Positions 1-9,441 of a DNA stretch of 32,000 nt are shown one piece after another. Positions within the stretch are counted from its first letter, which is position 1. The number at the start of each line of letters is the position of its first letter. The notes under the pieces were generated by a model, which saw nothing but the letters and a program-made list of their open reading frames with translations, ran no database searches and was not told where the DNA came from. The translations under genes were made by a program, and so were the position numbers. The DNA is taken from the NCBI RefSeq assembly GCF_000039765.1, contig NC_004459.3:2151127-2183126 (forward strand). The letters run 5' to 3'. The DNA is from Vibrio vulnificus CMCP6. Its GTDB lineage: Bacteria; Pseudomonadota; Gammaproteobacteria; Enterobacterales; Vibrionaceae.

Positions 1-1106
1 ATCAGCCGAAAGGCGTGGTAGGCATTATCTGCCCTTGGAACTTCCCGTTGTATCTCTCGATAGGCCCGATGATCACGGCGTTAGCCGCAGGCAATCGCTG
101 TATGATCAAGATGCCACCCAATTGCCCGCAAACCACGCGACAGCTCCGTCGCATGCTTGCCGAGATCTACCCAACAAATCTAGTTCGTATCGTAGAAGGT
201 ACGCATCCAGAAGCTATGGACATTTCACATTTGCCTTTTGATCATTTGGTGTTTACTGGGTCCCCCACGAGCGGAAAGATCATCATGGCAAACGCTGCCG
301 CCAATCTCACGCCGGTGACTTTAGAGCTGGGGGGCAAGTCGCCAGTGGTGGTGTTTGATGATTATGAGATAGAAAAAGCAGCGCAGCGAATTGCGCATGG
401 TAAAGGGTTCAACTCTGGGCAAATCTGTATCGCTCCCGATTACGCGTTTGTGCCTGAAGGTAAGCAGGAAGCCTTTATTGATGCGTTGAAATCTGCCCAT
501 CAAAGTATGTACGGTGATATCAAGGCCAATCAAGATTACACCGCGCTAGTTGACGACGCGCAGTACCAGCGATTCCATAGCTTGCTTGAGGATGCGCGAA
601 GTAAAGGAGCGACGATTACCCAATGTCTTGAACCTGGAGAAGGGCGAAAAACGCCGCTGTATATTGCGACCAATCTGACGCCAGATATGCGTATCTGCCA
701 AGAAGAGATCTTTGGGCCTCTGTTACCTGTTCACACCTTTCAGGCCATCGAAGAGGTCATCGACTATATCAACCAACGGCCAAGGCCTCTGGCGTGTTAC
801 TTGTTCAGCCATCATCCAAAACAACGTGAAACCTTGCTCACTCAAACCCACAGTGGCGGTGTCACCATCAATGGCTGGGGCTGGCATGTGCTCAACCATT
901 CTGTGCCGTTTGGCGGCGTCGGCAATTCCGGCATCGGCAACTACCATGGCGAAGAGGGCTTTCGTGAACTTAGCCACGCACGCACCGTTTTGAAAATGCG
1001 TGATTGGTTTCCGATTCAGTTGTTTGCGCCACCCTATGGCAATTGGGTGCAAAAACTGGTGGTACGCGTGTTTGCTGGCAAACCTGATCCCACGCTGAAA
1101 GAGTGA
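1..1106 (+). CDS. NAD(P)-dependent aldehyde dehydrogenase (coniferyl-aldehyde dehydrogenase-like), 5' end cut by window edge
   Basis: The ORF is open from the window start, in the frame of track ORF 15..1106. ALDH hallmarks are visible: 'LELGGKSP' (catalytic Glu region), 'FNSGQICIAPDY' (catalytic Cys) and 'EEIFGPLLPV'. Stop TGA at 1104-1106. Confidence 0.9.
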   Translation, partial: QPKGVVGIICPWNFPLYLSIGPMITALAAGNRCMIKMPPNCPQTTRQLRRMLAEIYPTNLVRIVEGTHPEAMDISHLPFDHLVFTGSPTSGKIIMANAAANLTPVTLELGGKSPVVVFDDYEIEKAAQRIAHGKGFNSGQICIAPDYAFVPEGKQEAFIDALKSAHQSMYGDIKANQDYTALVDDAQYQRFHSLLEDARSKGATITQCLEPGEGRKTPLYIATNLTPDMRICQEEIFGPLLPVHTFQAIEEVIDYINQRPRPLACYLFSHHPKQRETLLTQTHSGGVTINGWGWHVLNHSVPFGGVGNSGIGNYHGEEGFRELSHARTVLKMRDWFPIQLFAPPYGNWVQKLVVRVFAGKPDPTLKE

Positions 1107-1187
1107 TTTTTAAAACAGCTTCAACCGTACTGATGGCGTTGAAAACGTCATAAAGCAGAAATACCCAGTCGAGGTAGAGGAGAGAGC

Positions 1188-2827
1188 ATGAAGGAATATG
1201 ATTTTATTGTTGTCGGTGGCGGCTCTGCCGGTTGTGTGTTGGCGTCTCGATTGACGGAAGATCCTGACGTCACCGTCTGTTTGCTGGAAGCGGGGGCAAA
1301 GATAGCAGCCCTCTCATTCATACACCTGTTGGCATGGTGGCGATGATGCCCACCAAAATAAACAATTGGGGGTTTGAAACCATCCCACAAGCAGGTTTGA
1401 ATGGTAGAAAAGGGTATCAACCGCGGGGCAAAACGTTAGGCGGTTCCAGTTCTATCAATGCCATGATGTACGCCAGAGGGCATCGATACGACTACGACTT
1501 ATGGGCGAGTTTGGGAAACGTCGGTTGGAGTTATGACGACTGCTTACCCTATTTCAAAAAAGCGGAGAACAACGAGATTCATCGTGATGAATTTCATGGC
1601 CAAGGTGGCCCTTTGAATGTCACGAATTTACGCTCACCGAGTGACGTGTTGGAACGTTATTTAGCCGCTTGCGAGTCGATAGGCGTCCCACGCAATCCCG
1701 ATATCAATGGTGCGCAACAGTTGGGAGCGATGGCCACTCAAGTAACACAAATCAATGGTGAAAGGTGCAGTGCCGCCAAAGCGTATCTTACTCCTCATTT
1801 GGACAGGCCAAATTTAACGGTGTTAACTCAAGCGACCACCCATAAAATTCTCTTTGACGGCAAGAGAGCGGTTGGCGTCGAATATGGCCAAAAAGGCCAC
1901 ACGTTTCAGATCCGCTGTAAGCGAGAAGTGATTTTATCTGCTGGCGCGTTTGGCTCTCCACAACTGCTTTTGCTTTCGGGCGTCGGGGCGAAGAAGGATT
2001 TACAGCCATATGGTATTCAGCAAGTTCACTCATTACCCGGGGTAGGGGAGAACTTGCAAGACCACATTGACTTAGTTCATACCTATCGTTGCAGTGCCAA
2101 GCGCGATACCTTTGGTGTCTCACTTCGTATGGCGTCGGAATTGACCAAAGCGTTGCCACAATGGATCACGCAACGGACGGGTAAAATGAGCAGCAATTTT
2201 GCTGAGGGGATCGGCTTCTTATGCTCTGATGACAGCGTAGAGATCCCCGATCTGGAGTTTGTTTTTGTCGTGGCGGTAGTGGACGATCATGCGCGGAAAA
2301 TTCATGCAAGCCACGGCTTTAGTAGCCATGTGACTTTATTACGACCCAAAAGTGTTGGCCGCGTCAAACTGAACAGCGCCAACCCTTACGATGTTCCCCA
2401 CATTGACCCGGCGTTTTTTACGCATCCAGAAGATATGGAAATCATGATCAAAGGCTGGAAAAAACAGCAGCAAATGTTAGAGAGCTCGGCGTTTGATGAC
2501 ATTCGAGGGGAGAGCTTTTATCCCGTTGATGCCTCGGATGACAAAGCGATAGAGCAAGACATTCGTAACCGTGCTGATACACAATATCATCCGGTTGGCA
2601 CGTGCAAAATGGGCGTGGCAAGTGATCCGCTGGCCGTGGTTGATCATCAGCTCAGAGTTCATGGCTTAGCGGGGCTAAGGGTGGTGGATGCCTCCATTAT
2701 GCCGACCTTGATTGGTGCAAACACCAACGCGCCAACCATCATGATTGCGGAGAAAATCGCCGATGCGATTAAAGCGCACTATGCGGGTTTGGTTTGCGAG
2801 GAGAAGGAAACAATGCCAGCGGTTTAA
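1188..2827 (+). pseudogene. GMC-family FAD oxidoreductase (choline/alcohol dehydrogenase-like) interrupted by a 1-nt frameshift
   Basis: ATG 1188, preceded by GAGGAG at 1177-1182, opens a 52-codon ORF '[36 protein letters not shown]...'. This is the GMC N-terminal FAD-binding motif, and it ends at TGA 1344-1346. The rest of the enzyme is track ORF 1334..2827, with 'GGSSSINAMMYARG' and 'HPVGTCKMG'. It lies in the next frame, where 1292-1333 reads [14 protein letters not shown]. The two frames join at the G5 run 1292-1296. Confidence 0.85.
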
Positions 2828-2900
2828 CTGTTATTAAGAGTGCTATTGTCGACGTTTTAGGATAAAAATACGCCACTGCGCTCAAATGGCCAACAAGAAA

Positions 2901-2925
2901 ACGCCCGCAATCATCGCGGGCGTTT
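2901..2925. terminator. GC-rich hairpin between convergent genes (possible bidirectional terminator)
   Basis: Arms ACGCCCGC (2901-2908) and GCGGGCGT (2916-2923) with a 7-nt loop. A/T-rich runs flank it on both sides. It sits between the stop of the GMC gene (+) and the stop of the ATP-grasp gene (-). Confidence 0.5.
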
Positions 2926-2951
2926 ATCGTATAAGTGACGCAAGAATTGAT

Positions 2952-3944
2952 CTAGCTTGCGCTGCTATCAAAATCTTGTTTTGCGCCAAATTGACGCATT
3001 GAATACGCGACGCGCTCTTCTGCTGAGGGATAGACCAGTGGTGCGCCCAAGTTCTCAATATGGTGTAAGCGTGGTAAAAGCCCGGCACCGTTGGCAATTT
3101 GAATCGCTAGACCAGGGCGAGCGTTGAGTTCCAATACCATTGGTCCTTCTTCTTTATCCAACACCATATCGGTACCGAGATAACCCAGTCCGGTCATTTC
3201 CCACGCACTGGCTGCCAAGGTCAACAAACGTTGCCAATGAGGCACTTGTAAAGTAGCAAGATCTTTTCCTGTGTCTGGATGGTGAGTGACAGGTTGGTTG
3301 AACTGCACGGCACGAATCGCTTTCCCCGTCGCAATATCAATACCTACCCCAACCGCACCTTGGTGCAAGTTGGCTTTTCCATCCGACGCGGCCGTTGAGC
3401 AACGCATCATCGCCATCACAGGGTAGCCTTTGAATACGATGATCCGCACATCGGGCACCCCTTCGAAGCTGAATCCGTCAAAGCAGTTATCAAACTTAAT
3501 TAAGTTCTCAACCACGGCGACATCGTTCTTACCACCAAGAGAGAATAACCCCGCTAGAGCATTAGAAATATGGCGTTCGATCTCTTCTTTGTTGATGGTG
3601 GAACCCGAAGGTTTGGTGTAAACGCCCTCTTTGTGCGAGGTCACCACAAGAATGCCTTTACCGCCACTACCACGAGCGGGTTTGATCACAAACCCGGGCC
3701 AATCTTTGACCATTTCGTGAATGCGTTTCACATCGGCCTGATTGCTGATCACACCAATCAACTGCGGCACTGTACAGCCCGCACGTTGCGCGATGATCTT
3801 GGTTTTGAGCTTGTCATCCACCAAAGGGTATTTGGAACGGTCGTTGTAGCGACCAATATAAGCGTGGTTACGCTTATTCATCCCCATGATCCCTTTGCGT
3901 CGCAGCTTCATCGGTGATGTGTACTTAGACAAAAAGGAGAACAT
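2952..3944 (-). CDS. alpha-L-glutamate ligase-related protein (RimK-like ATP-grasp)
   Basis: 330-aa ORF with no signal peptide. ATP-grasp features: 'FVIKPARGSGGKGILVV' (P-loop-like Gly-rich segment) and 'LELNARPGLAIQ' (C-terminal Mg/ATP motif). The N-terminus 'GIMGMNKRNHAYIGRYN' is typical of the RimK-related family found next to 7TM-transglutaminase genes (from memory). Confidence 0.85.
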   Translation of the reverse strand: MFSFLSKYTSPMKLRRKGIMGMNKRNHAYIGRYNDRSKYPLVDDKLKTKIIAQRAGCTVPQLIGVISNQADVKRIHEMVKDWPGFVIKPARGSGGKGILVVTSHKEGVYTKPSGSTINKEEIERHISNALAGLFSLGGKNDVAVVENLIKFDNCFDGFSFEGVPDVRIIVFKGYPVMAMMRCSTAASDGKANLHQGAVGVGIDIATGKAIRAVQFNQPVTHHPDTGKDLATLQVPHWQRLLTLAASAWEMTGLGYLGTDMVLDKEEGPMVLELNARPGLAIQIANGAGLLPRLHHIENLGAPLVYPSAEERVAYSMRQFGAKQDFDSSAS

Positions 3945-3947
3945 AGA

Positions 3948-5453
3948 TTAATCCTCCACCAATGGCTTAAAGCGGCGCAGTTCTGTAATGCGGTATCCAG
4001 TGTAAGTACCCAATAGCAGAATTGCCGCCAGTACCACAAGCTGAAGACCAATGAAGTTAAAGGTTAGGTGCTGGATGTATGGGTTAGTCATGCCAAGGTA
4101 AACCAATACTGCGGTAAATAATGAACCACCGCCTTGCAGTACCACCTCTTTCGCGCCTTCTTCTTCCCACAAGATGGACATACGTTCGATGGTCCATGAC
4201 AAGATGATCATTGGGAAGAAGGTGATAGAAAGGCCTTCGGTTAGACCAATCTTGAATGCCACGACGGTGAACACGGAAATAATCAGAATAACGGTAATAA
4301 TGACCGCAGATATCCGCGCAACCAACAGCAAGTTCAGCTTGGAGAGGTAGCTACGAATGATCAAACCCGTACCCACAATCAATAAGAAACCGACAATCCC
4401 CGTAACCAGTTGCGTCTGTACAAACGCCACGGCAATCAGTACGGGCATAAAGGTGCCGGATGTTTTCAAACCAATGATGACGCGCAAGAACACCACAATG
4501 AGTGCGCCAATCGGCACCAACATGATGGTCTTAAACATCGCTTGTTCTTCGAGAGGTAAGCTGTGAATCGAGAGGTTCAGTAGGCCATCGGCTTCCACTT
4601 TGTTGTTGGTTGCCGCTTGCGGTGAAATGTCTTGCGCAATCATGGAGAAATGCACTTGGCTATTTTGACCACCGACCAAATCCAGTAGCGATACGTTAGA
4701 ATCATCCCATACCAGCAAGTTGCCTTGGTCAGCGTGTTGCTCAGAGTTTGGCGAGAATAGAACCCAAGATTGCCCATCCCACACTTGAATCATTGATTCA
4801 ATAGTTTGGCGACGACGACCATCTTCCAAAGCGATGACTCCGACCATTTTGCTTTGAACATCGGCAGTCGAAAGCAGTTTGTAGATGGTGGTGGCACGGT
4901 CAGCGTTGTTAAGCAGTAGCGCTGCGTTTTGGCTGTCGGGATCGTTGAGTGTCTTGATCAACTCGCGCGTGAACGTGATGTTATCAGATGAGCGAGCCAT
5001 CGCGCGCTCAATTAAGGCTTTCGCGGCTGTTTGTTCCGGATTAGAGTAGGTCGGTTTGTTGATCGGCTCAGTGGGCGGTTGTACGGTCACTTTTGCCTGT
5101 GGGTCCACTAGAAACTGTGTTTTGTAGTAAATCGTTTGTGGGCCACTCGCCTGACGGATCGACCACTCGGCGCGACGACCCGATGCGGTATTAACGTAAG
5201 AGACGCCATAGCCTGGAGACGATGCTGTCTCATTGATCAAGGTGAAGCCATTTTGAGTATGAGGTGCTGCAAGTGAGGCTTTCACCTCTTGACCGCTGGC
5301 GTTAAATTCAATGCGCGCTTCAATATCCCAGATCTGGCGGCTTTCGCCGGGTGTCCATGGCACGCCATAGGTTTGATGGCGAAACACGCTGAGTGTTATC
5401 CCTGCGACAATCAGCAGGATGATAGAAAGATAAAAGGGAACTCGGGAAGTCAT
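3948..5453 (-). CDS. membrane protein: N-terminal TM, ~300-aa extracytoplasmic transglutaminase-like (inactive) domain, C-terminal ~7-TM bundle
   Basis: 501-aa ORF. It has a hydrophobic N-terminal helix 'FYLSIILLIVAGITLSVF', then a long hydrophilic region, then about seven hydrophobic segments from 'TIMLVPIGALIVVFL' onward. The whole protein contains no cysteine. Gaps of 3 nt and 7 nt to its neighbours. Confidence 0.75.
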   Translation of the reverse strand: MTSRVPFYLSIILLIVAGITLSVFRHQTYGVPWTPGESRQIWDIEARIEFNASGQEVKASLAAPHTQNGFTLINETASSPGYGVSYVNTASGRRAEWSIRQASGPQTIYYKTQFLVDPQAKVTVQPPTEPINKPTYSNPEQTAAKALIERAMARSSDNITFTRELIKTLNDPDSQNAALLLNNADRATTIYKLLSTADVQSKMVGVIALEDGRRRQTIESMIQVWDGQSWVLFSPNSEQHADQGNLLVWDDSNVSLLDLVGGQNSQVHFSMIAQDISPQAATNNKVEADGLLNLSIHSLPLEEQAMFKTIMLVPIGALIVVFLRVIIGLKTSGTFMPVLIAVAFVQTQLVTGIVGFLLIVGTGLIIRSYLSKLNLLLVARISAVIITVILIISVFTVVAFKIGLTEGLSITFFPMIILSWTIERMSILWEEEGAKEVVLQGGGSLFTAVLVYLGMTNPYIQHLTFNFIGLQLVVLAAILLLGTYTGYRITELRRFKPLVED

Positions 5454-5460
5454 AGCCTAC

Positions 5461-6207
5461 CTATTTTTTCTTTTGTCCGGTTTGAATGTAACTGCGACTA
5501 ACGTCAACAAGAGCAATATCGCGAATAAACTCACGACCTAAAAGAACGGGATGGCTCATTTGTGAGCGGTCTGCCAATGTAAATTGCGCCTTTTCTTTGA
5601 TTTCGCCCACTTTGACCCACAGCTCGACGACTGCGCGGCGTTCGGTATCGTCGTTGGTCGACTGACGAATCTTCACATAACGAATCACGGGTGCTTCAAT
5701 CCAGTTTTGGTCAGTGCCAGGTTGTTCTGGATCTGAGAGGTGGAAGCGAACCCAATCTTTACCATTGCGCTCGAACATTTCGATGTCAACGGCATTCAGT
5801 GATGATGTGGTTGCCCCGGTATCAACACGTGCATCAAAAGACTGATTGATCGACTCAATGGTCACTTTTTCAATCGCACCCAAGATGATTTGATTTTTGG
5901 CTGGTGCTGGTGGCGCGGCAATGACTTTAGGTTCAGGTTTTTTCTCTTCAGACGACGCCAAACTTTGCTGTTGAGTCAACTGAAGATGTTCAACTTGTTT
6001 TTGTAACTCGGTAATTTGAGTCTCAAGGCTCTCGATGTAATCGACTTGGTTTGAGGATTGCAGAGTGAGATTCTCTATCTTATTCGTAATACGAGTCTCA
6101 GAGTCTTGGAGGGCGGTCAGGGTTTTCTGATGATATTGCTCACCATTGGTTAAAGTACAGCCAGATAACAAAACGAGAGCGAGTACTGGCGTCAATCTTA
6201 TAAACAT
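5461..6207 (-). CDS. lipoprotein with C-terminal retropepsin-like aspartic protease domain (family usually labelled 'putative ATP-dependent zinc protease')
   Basis: 248-aa ORF. It has a signal peptide plus lipobox 'LVLLSGC', and a heptad-rich region 'IESLETQITELQKQVEHLQL'. A Pro-rich linker 'KKPEPKVIAAPPAPAK' follows, then 'ARVDTGATTSSLNA' (the D-T-G-A aspartic protease signature). AAGG lies 6 nt upstream of the ATG. Confidence 0.75.
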   Translation of the reverse strand: MFIRLTPVLALVLLSGCTLTNGEQYHQKTLTALQDSETRITNKIENLTLQSSNQVDYIESLETQITELQKQVEHLQLTQQQSLASSEEKKPEPKVIAAPPAPAKNQIILGAIEKVTIESINQSFDARVDTGATTSSLNAVDIEMFERNGKDWVRFHLSDPEQPGTDQNWIEAPVIRYVKIRQSTNDDTERRAVVELWVKVGEIKEKAQFTLADRSQMSHPVLLGREFIRDIALVDVSRSYIQTGQKKK

Positions 6208-6263
6208 TGAATGCCTTAAAAAGTGAATTAGGGGAATAAGTTATTGTAAAGAGGAGTGTAGCG

Positions 6264-6290
6264 TATAAAAAAGGATGCGTGAAGCATCCT
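6264..6290 (-). terminator. rho-independent terminator downstream of cmoB
   Basis: On the minus strand: AGGATGC-TTCAC-GCATCCT followed by TTTTTAT (arms 6284-6290 and 6272-6278). About 50 nt past the cmoB stop. Confidence 0.65.
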
Positions 6291-6339
6291 CTTGTTAGGG
6301 TTTAGTGATACTCAAATTATTGAGTCAAAACCGTGTCAA

Positions 6340-7311
6340 TTATGGCTTTTTCGCCACCAAAATTGCGCGGCGAGGTGCTGGATAACCTTCCACCGTTTTG
6401 CTCGGGTCATTCTGATCGAGATAATCAGGCAGTGAATTGTGAGTCATCCAATTGGTGGTGCGTTGCTCGTCGACAGAGGTGACGTTTTCGTCCACGATGC
6501 GCACGTCTTCAAAGCCAACCAATTCTAACCACACTTTTAAAGCGCGAGCTGAAGGGAAGAAATACACATTGCGCATTTGAGCGTAGCGTTCCTTGGGAAC
6601 CAAAACTGCCGTTTCATCCCCTTCAATCACCAAGGTTTCCAGAATCAATTCACCGCCGGAGACAAGCTGATCTTTCAGTTGAATTAAGTGATCAAGCGGA
6701 GAGCGACGGTGGTACAACACCCCCATGCTGAAAACAGTATCGAACGCTTCAAGCTTTGGTAGCTGTTCAATGCCCAATGGCAGCAGGTGTGCACGTTGAT
6801 CGCCACCCATTAACTTACGGATCGCTTCAAACTGAATTAAAAACAGGTGTGATGGATCAATACCCACGCACAGACGTGCGCCTTCACCTAACATGCGCCA
6901 CATGTGATAACCGTTACCACAACCGACATCCAGCACGCTGCGATTTTTCAATGGTGAAATATGAGGCAGAACACGGTCCCATTTCCAGTCACTGCGCCAT
7001 TCGGTGTCAATATGAATGCCGTGAACGGTATAAGGGCCTTTGCGCCAAGGGTGGAAAGTACGCAGCAAGCTTTCAAGCTTCTTCAACTCGCCTTGATGGA
7101 ACGGGGTGTCATTGCTAATGGTGACAGAGTGCTTAATGTCTATCTGATCGGGTGCGCCTTCTGGGATCTTATTGAGTGCTTTTAACCAGCGAGGGAAATC
7201 ACCATGCTCAGCATTTTGCCAATCTGTTAGCTGTTGAGGTAGAACGTTGAGCCATGGCTGAAGACGAGTGTCTTGAGCGATTAACTGGTAAAAATTAGCA
7301 AAATTAAACAT
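6340..7311 (-). CDS. cmoB: tRNA U34 carboxymethyltransferase CmoB
   Basis: 323-aa ORF with full-length resemblance to CmoB. SAM-methyltransferase motif '[11 protein letters not shown]'. Adjacent to cmoA, as in E. coli. Confidence 0.93.
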   Translation of the reverse strand: MFNFANFYQLIAQDTRLQPWLNVLPQQLTDWQNAEHGDFPRWLKALNKIPEGAPDQIDIKHSVTISNDTPFHQGELKKLESLLRTFHPWRKGPYTVHGIHIDTEWRSDWKWDRVLPHISPLKNRSVLDVGCGNGYHMWRMLGEGARLCVGIDPSHLFLIQFEAIRKLMGGDQRAHLLPLGIEQLPKLEAFDTVFSMGVLYHRRSPLDHLIQLKDQLVSGGELILETLVIEGDETAVLVPKERYAQMRNVYFFPSARALKVWLELVGFEDVRIVDENVTSVDEQRTTNWMTHNSLPDYLDQNDPSKTVEGYPAPRRAILVAKKP

Positions 7312-7367
7312 CGTTTTTCACTGAGTAATAAATTAAAAATTGACACTAAATGCGAAACGTTAAGACT

Positions 7368-7464
7368 TTCTCGCTTCTCGCTTCTCGCTTCTCGCTTCTC
7401 GCTTCTCGCTTCTCGCTTCTCGCTTCTCGCTTCTCGCTTCTCGCTTCTCGCTTCTCGCTTCTCG

Positions 7465-7465
<1 letters not shown>
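7368..7465. repeat. perfect tandem heptanucleotide array, (TTCTCGC)14 on + strand = (GCGAGAA)14 on the gene strand
   Basis: Counted directly: 14 units starting at 7368+7k (k=0..13) with no mismatch. The last base (7465) is part of the cmoA stop codon TAG (complement of 7465-7467). Confidence 0.97.
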
Positions 7466-8214
<749 letters not shown>

Positions 8215-8303
8215 CTAACAAACTGCCTGTTTTCACATAGGCGGTAAAAAGGCGCGTATTTTAGGGGAATTTCCTCAAGCTGTCATGCATTGCAAGACAA
8301 GGC

Positions 8304-9185
8304 TTAGAACATCTGTATTTGGCTATTGCCACTATTGGCAGGAAAATCAGACAGATTGGGTAGTTTCACTTGTTGCTGTAATTGTTGGTAAAGTCGTTTG
8401 GCTAACTGGGGGCCTTCTACGTTATCTGGTGTGTGGATCATTAAATAAGGTTGCTTACCCTCGGTAATCCAAAGGGGTAATTTGCTCAGCCAAGGGGCAA
8501 AGAAGGGCAGGTTGCTCTCTAAATCGGGATGACCAATAAAGCGAATCATTGGATGCTCTCCCGTCGCGATGGCGTGAACGGGCACCTTTGGTTTTTTCTG
8601 GTGCGCATCGATAACGGCCTCCGTTGTTGCTGGGGCTGCGAAAACCGGACGGCTATCCATGATGATGCGATCAATCTTTGTTTCCATTAACCATTGATTC
8701 AAGCGTTTCTCATCCTCTCCTTTCGCAAAAAAAGCCAAATGACGCACTTCGATTCCCAGCGGAAACCCTTCGGGAAAGTAAGAGCAGAAACGTTGTAGCA
8801 GCGGTAAATGCTCTGGTGAGAAAGCCGCAGGAAGTTGGATTGTCCATTGGCCAATACGCGGGTGCAGCGGTTCCATGACACTCAAAAACTCGCGTAACAA
8901 ACCCTGAGAGCCTTTAAGCATCTGCTGGTGGGTAATCTGCTTTGGCAACTTAAAGGTGAAACGAAAATCGTCATGCGTCGCCGCGCGCCAGTTGAGTACG
9001 GTTGGTGTATTTGGCGTTGCGTAGAAGGTCGTATTGCCTTCGACAGTGTGAAAGACCTGTGCGTACTTTTCCAGTCGCTCTGCGGGTTTGGTCCCCGAGC
9101 CATAAAAGTCTTGTTGCCACTGATTGTGTGACCACATGGTCAGACCCAATCGAAGAGGAAGCGTGTTCATGGTTTCTCGCTGCAT
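8304..9185 (-). CDS. yecE: DUF72 family protein (YecE-like)
   Basis: 293-aa ORF. 'LGLTMWSHNQW...YAQVFHTVEGNTTFYA' is typical of DUF72/YecE. It sits between cmoA and aspS, as in E. coli. The start could be the internal Met at 9170. Confidence 0.85.
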   Translation of the reverse strand: MQRETMNTLPLRLGLTMWSHNQWQQDFYGSGTKPAERLEKYAQVFHTVEGNTTFYATPNTPTVLNWRAATHDDFRFTFKLPKQITHQQMLKGSQGLLREFLSVMEPLHPRIGQWTIQLPAAFSPEHLPLLQRFCSYFPEGFPLGIEVRHLAFFAKGEDEKRLNQWLMETKIDRIIMDSRPVFAAPATTEAVIDAHQKKPKVPVHAIATGEHPMIRFIGHPDLESNLPFFAPWLSKLPLWITEGKQPYLMIHTPDNVEGPQLAKRLYQQLQQQVKLPNLSDFPANSGNSQIQMF

Positions 9186-9213
9186 TTATTCCTAGCCTCA
9201 CTGTACGAGAGTT

Positions 9214-9243
9214 TTGCCGAAATCGGTAGTTTCGCGTTATAAT
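9214..9243 (+). promoter_or_regulatory. candidate sigma70 promoter upstream of aspS
   Basis: TTGCCG (9214-9219), an 18-nt spacer, then TATAAT (9238-9243). It would give a leader of about 190 nt. Pattern match only. Confidence 0.35.
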
Positions 9244-9441
9244 CCCGACCAATTTTTCACATTTGATGTGCTTTTGAGCAGTTGCTGTATCAAAAAGCAT
9301 CAATGCATGATAAAACGCAATAAATTGTATTCTGACTAGTCGATTTTCACCGACATTCAGCGTATAAATGGACCTTTGCTCTGTTGAGAAAATGACCGAC
9401 AGAGAGTAGTTAACAATTTTAGAGAGATTGGGAATTTCATT

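Noticed and set aside
1334-2827. Treating track ORF 1334..2827 as an intact 497-aa GMC oxidoreductase
   Set aside because: That product would lack the N-terminal GxGxxG FAD-binding fold, which is encoded just upstream in another frame (1188-1346). A frameshifted single gene explains both ORFs.
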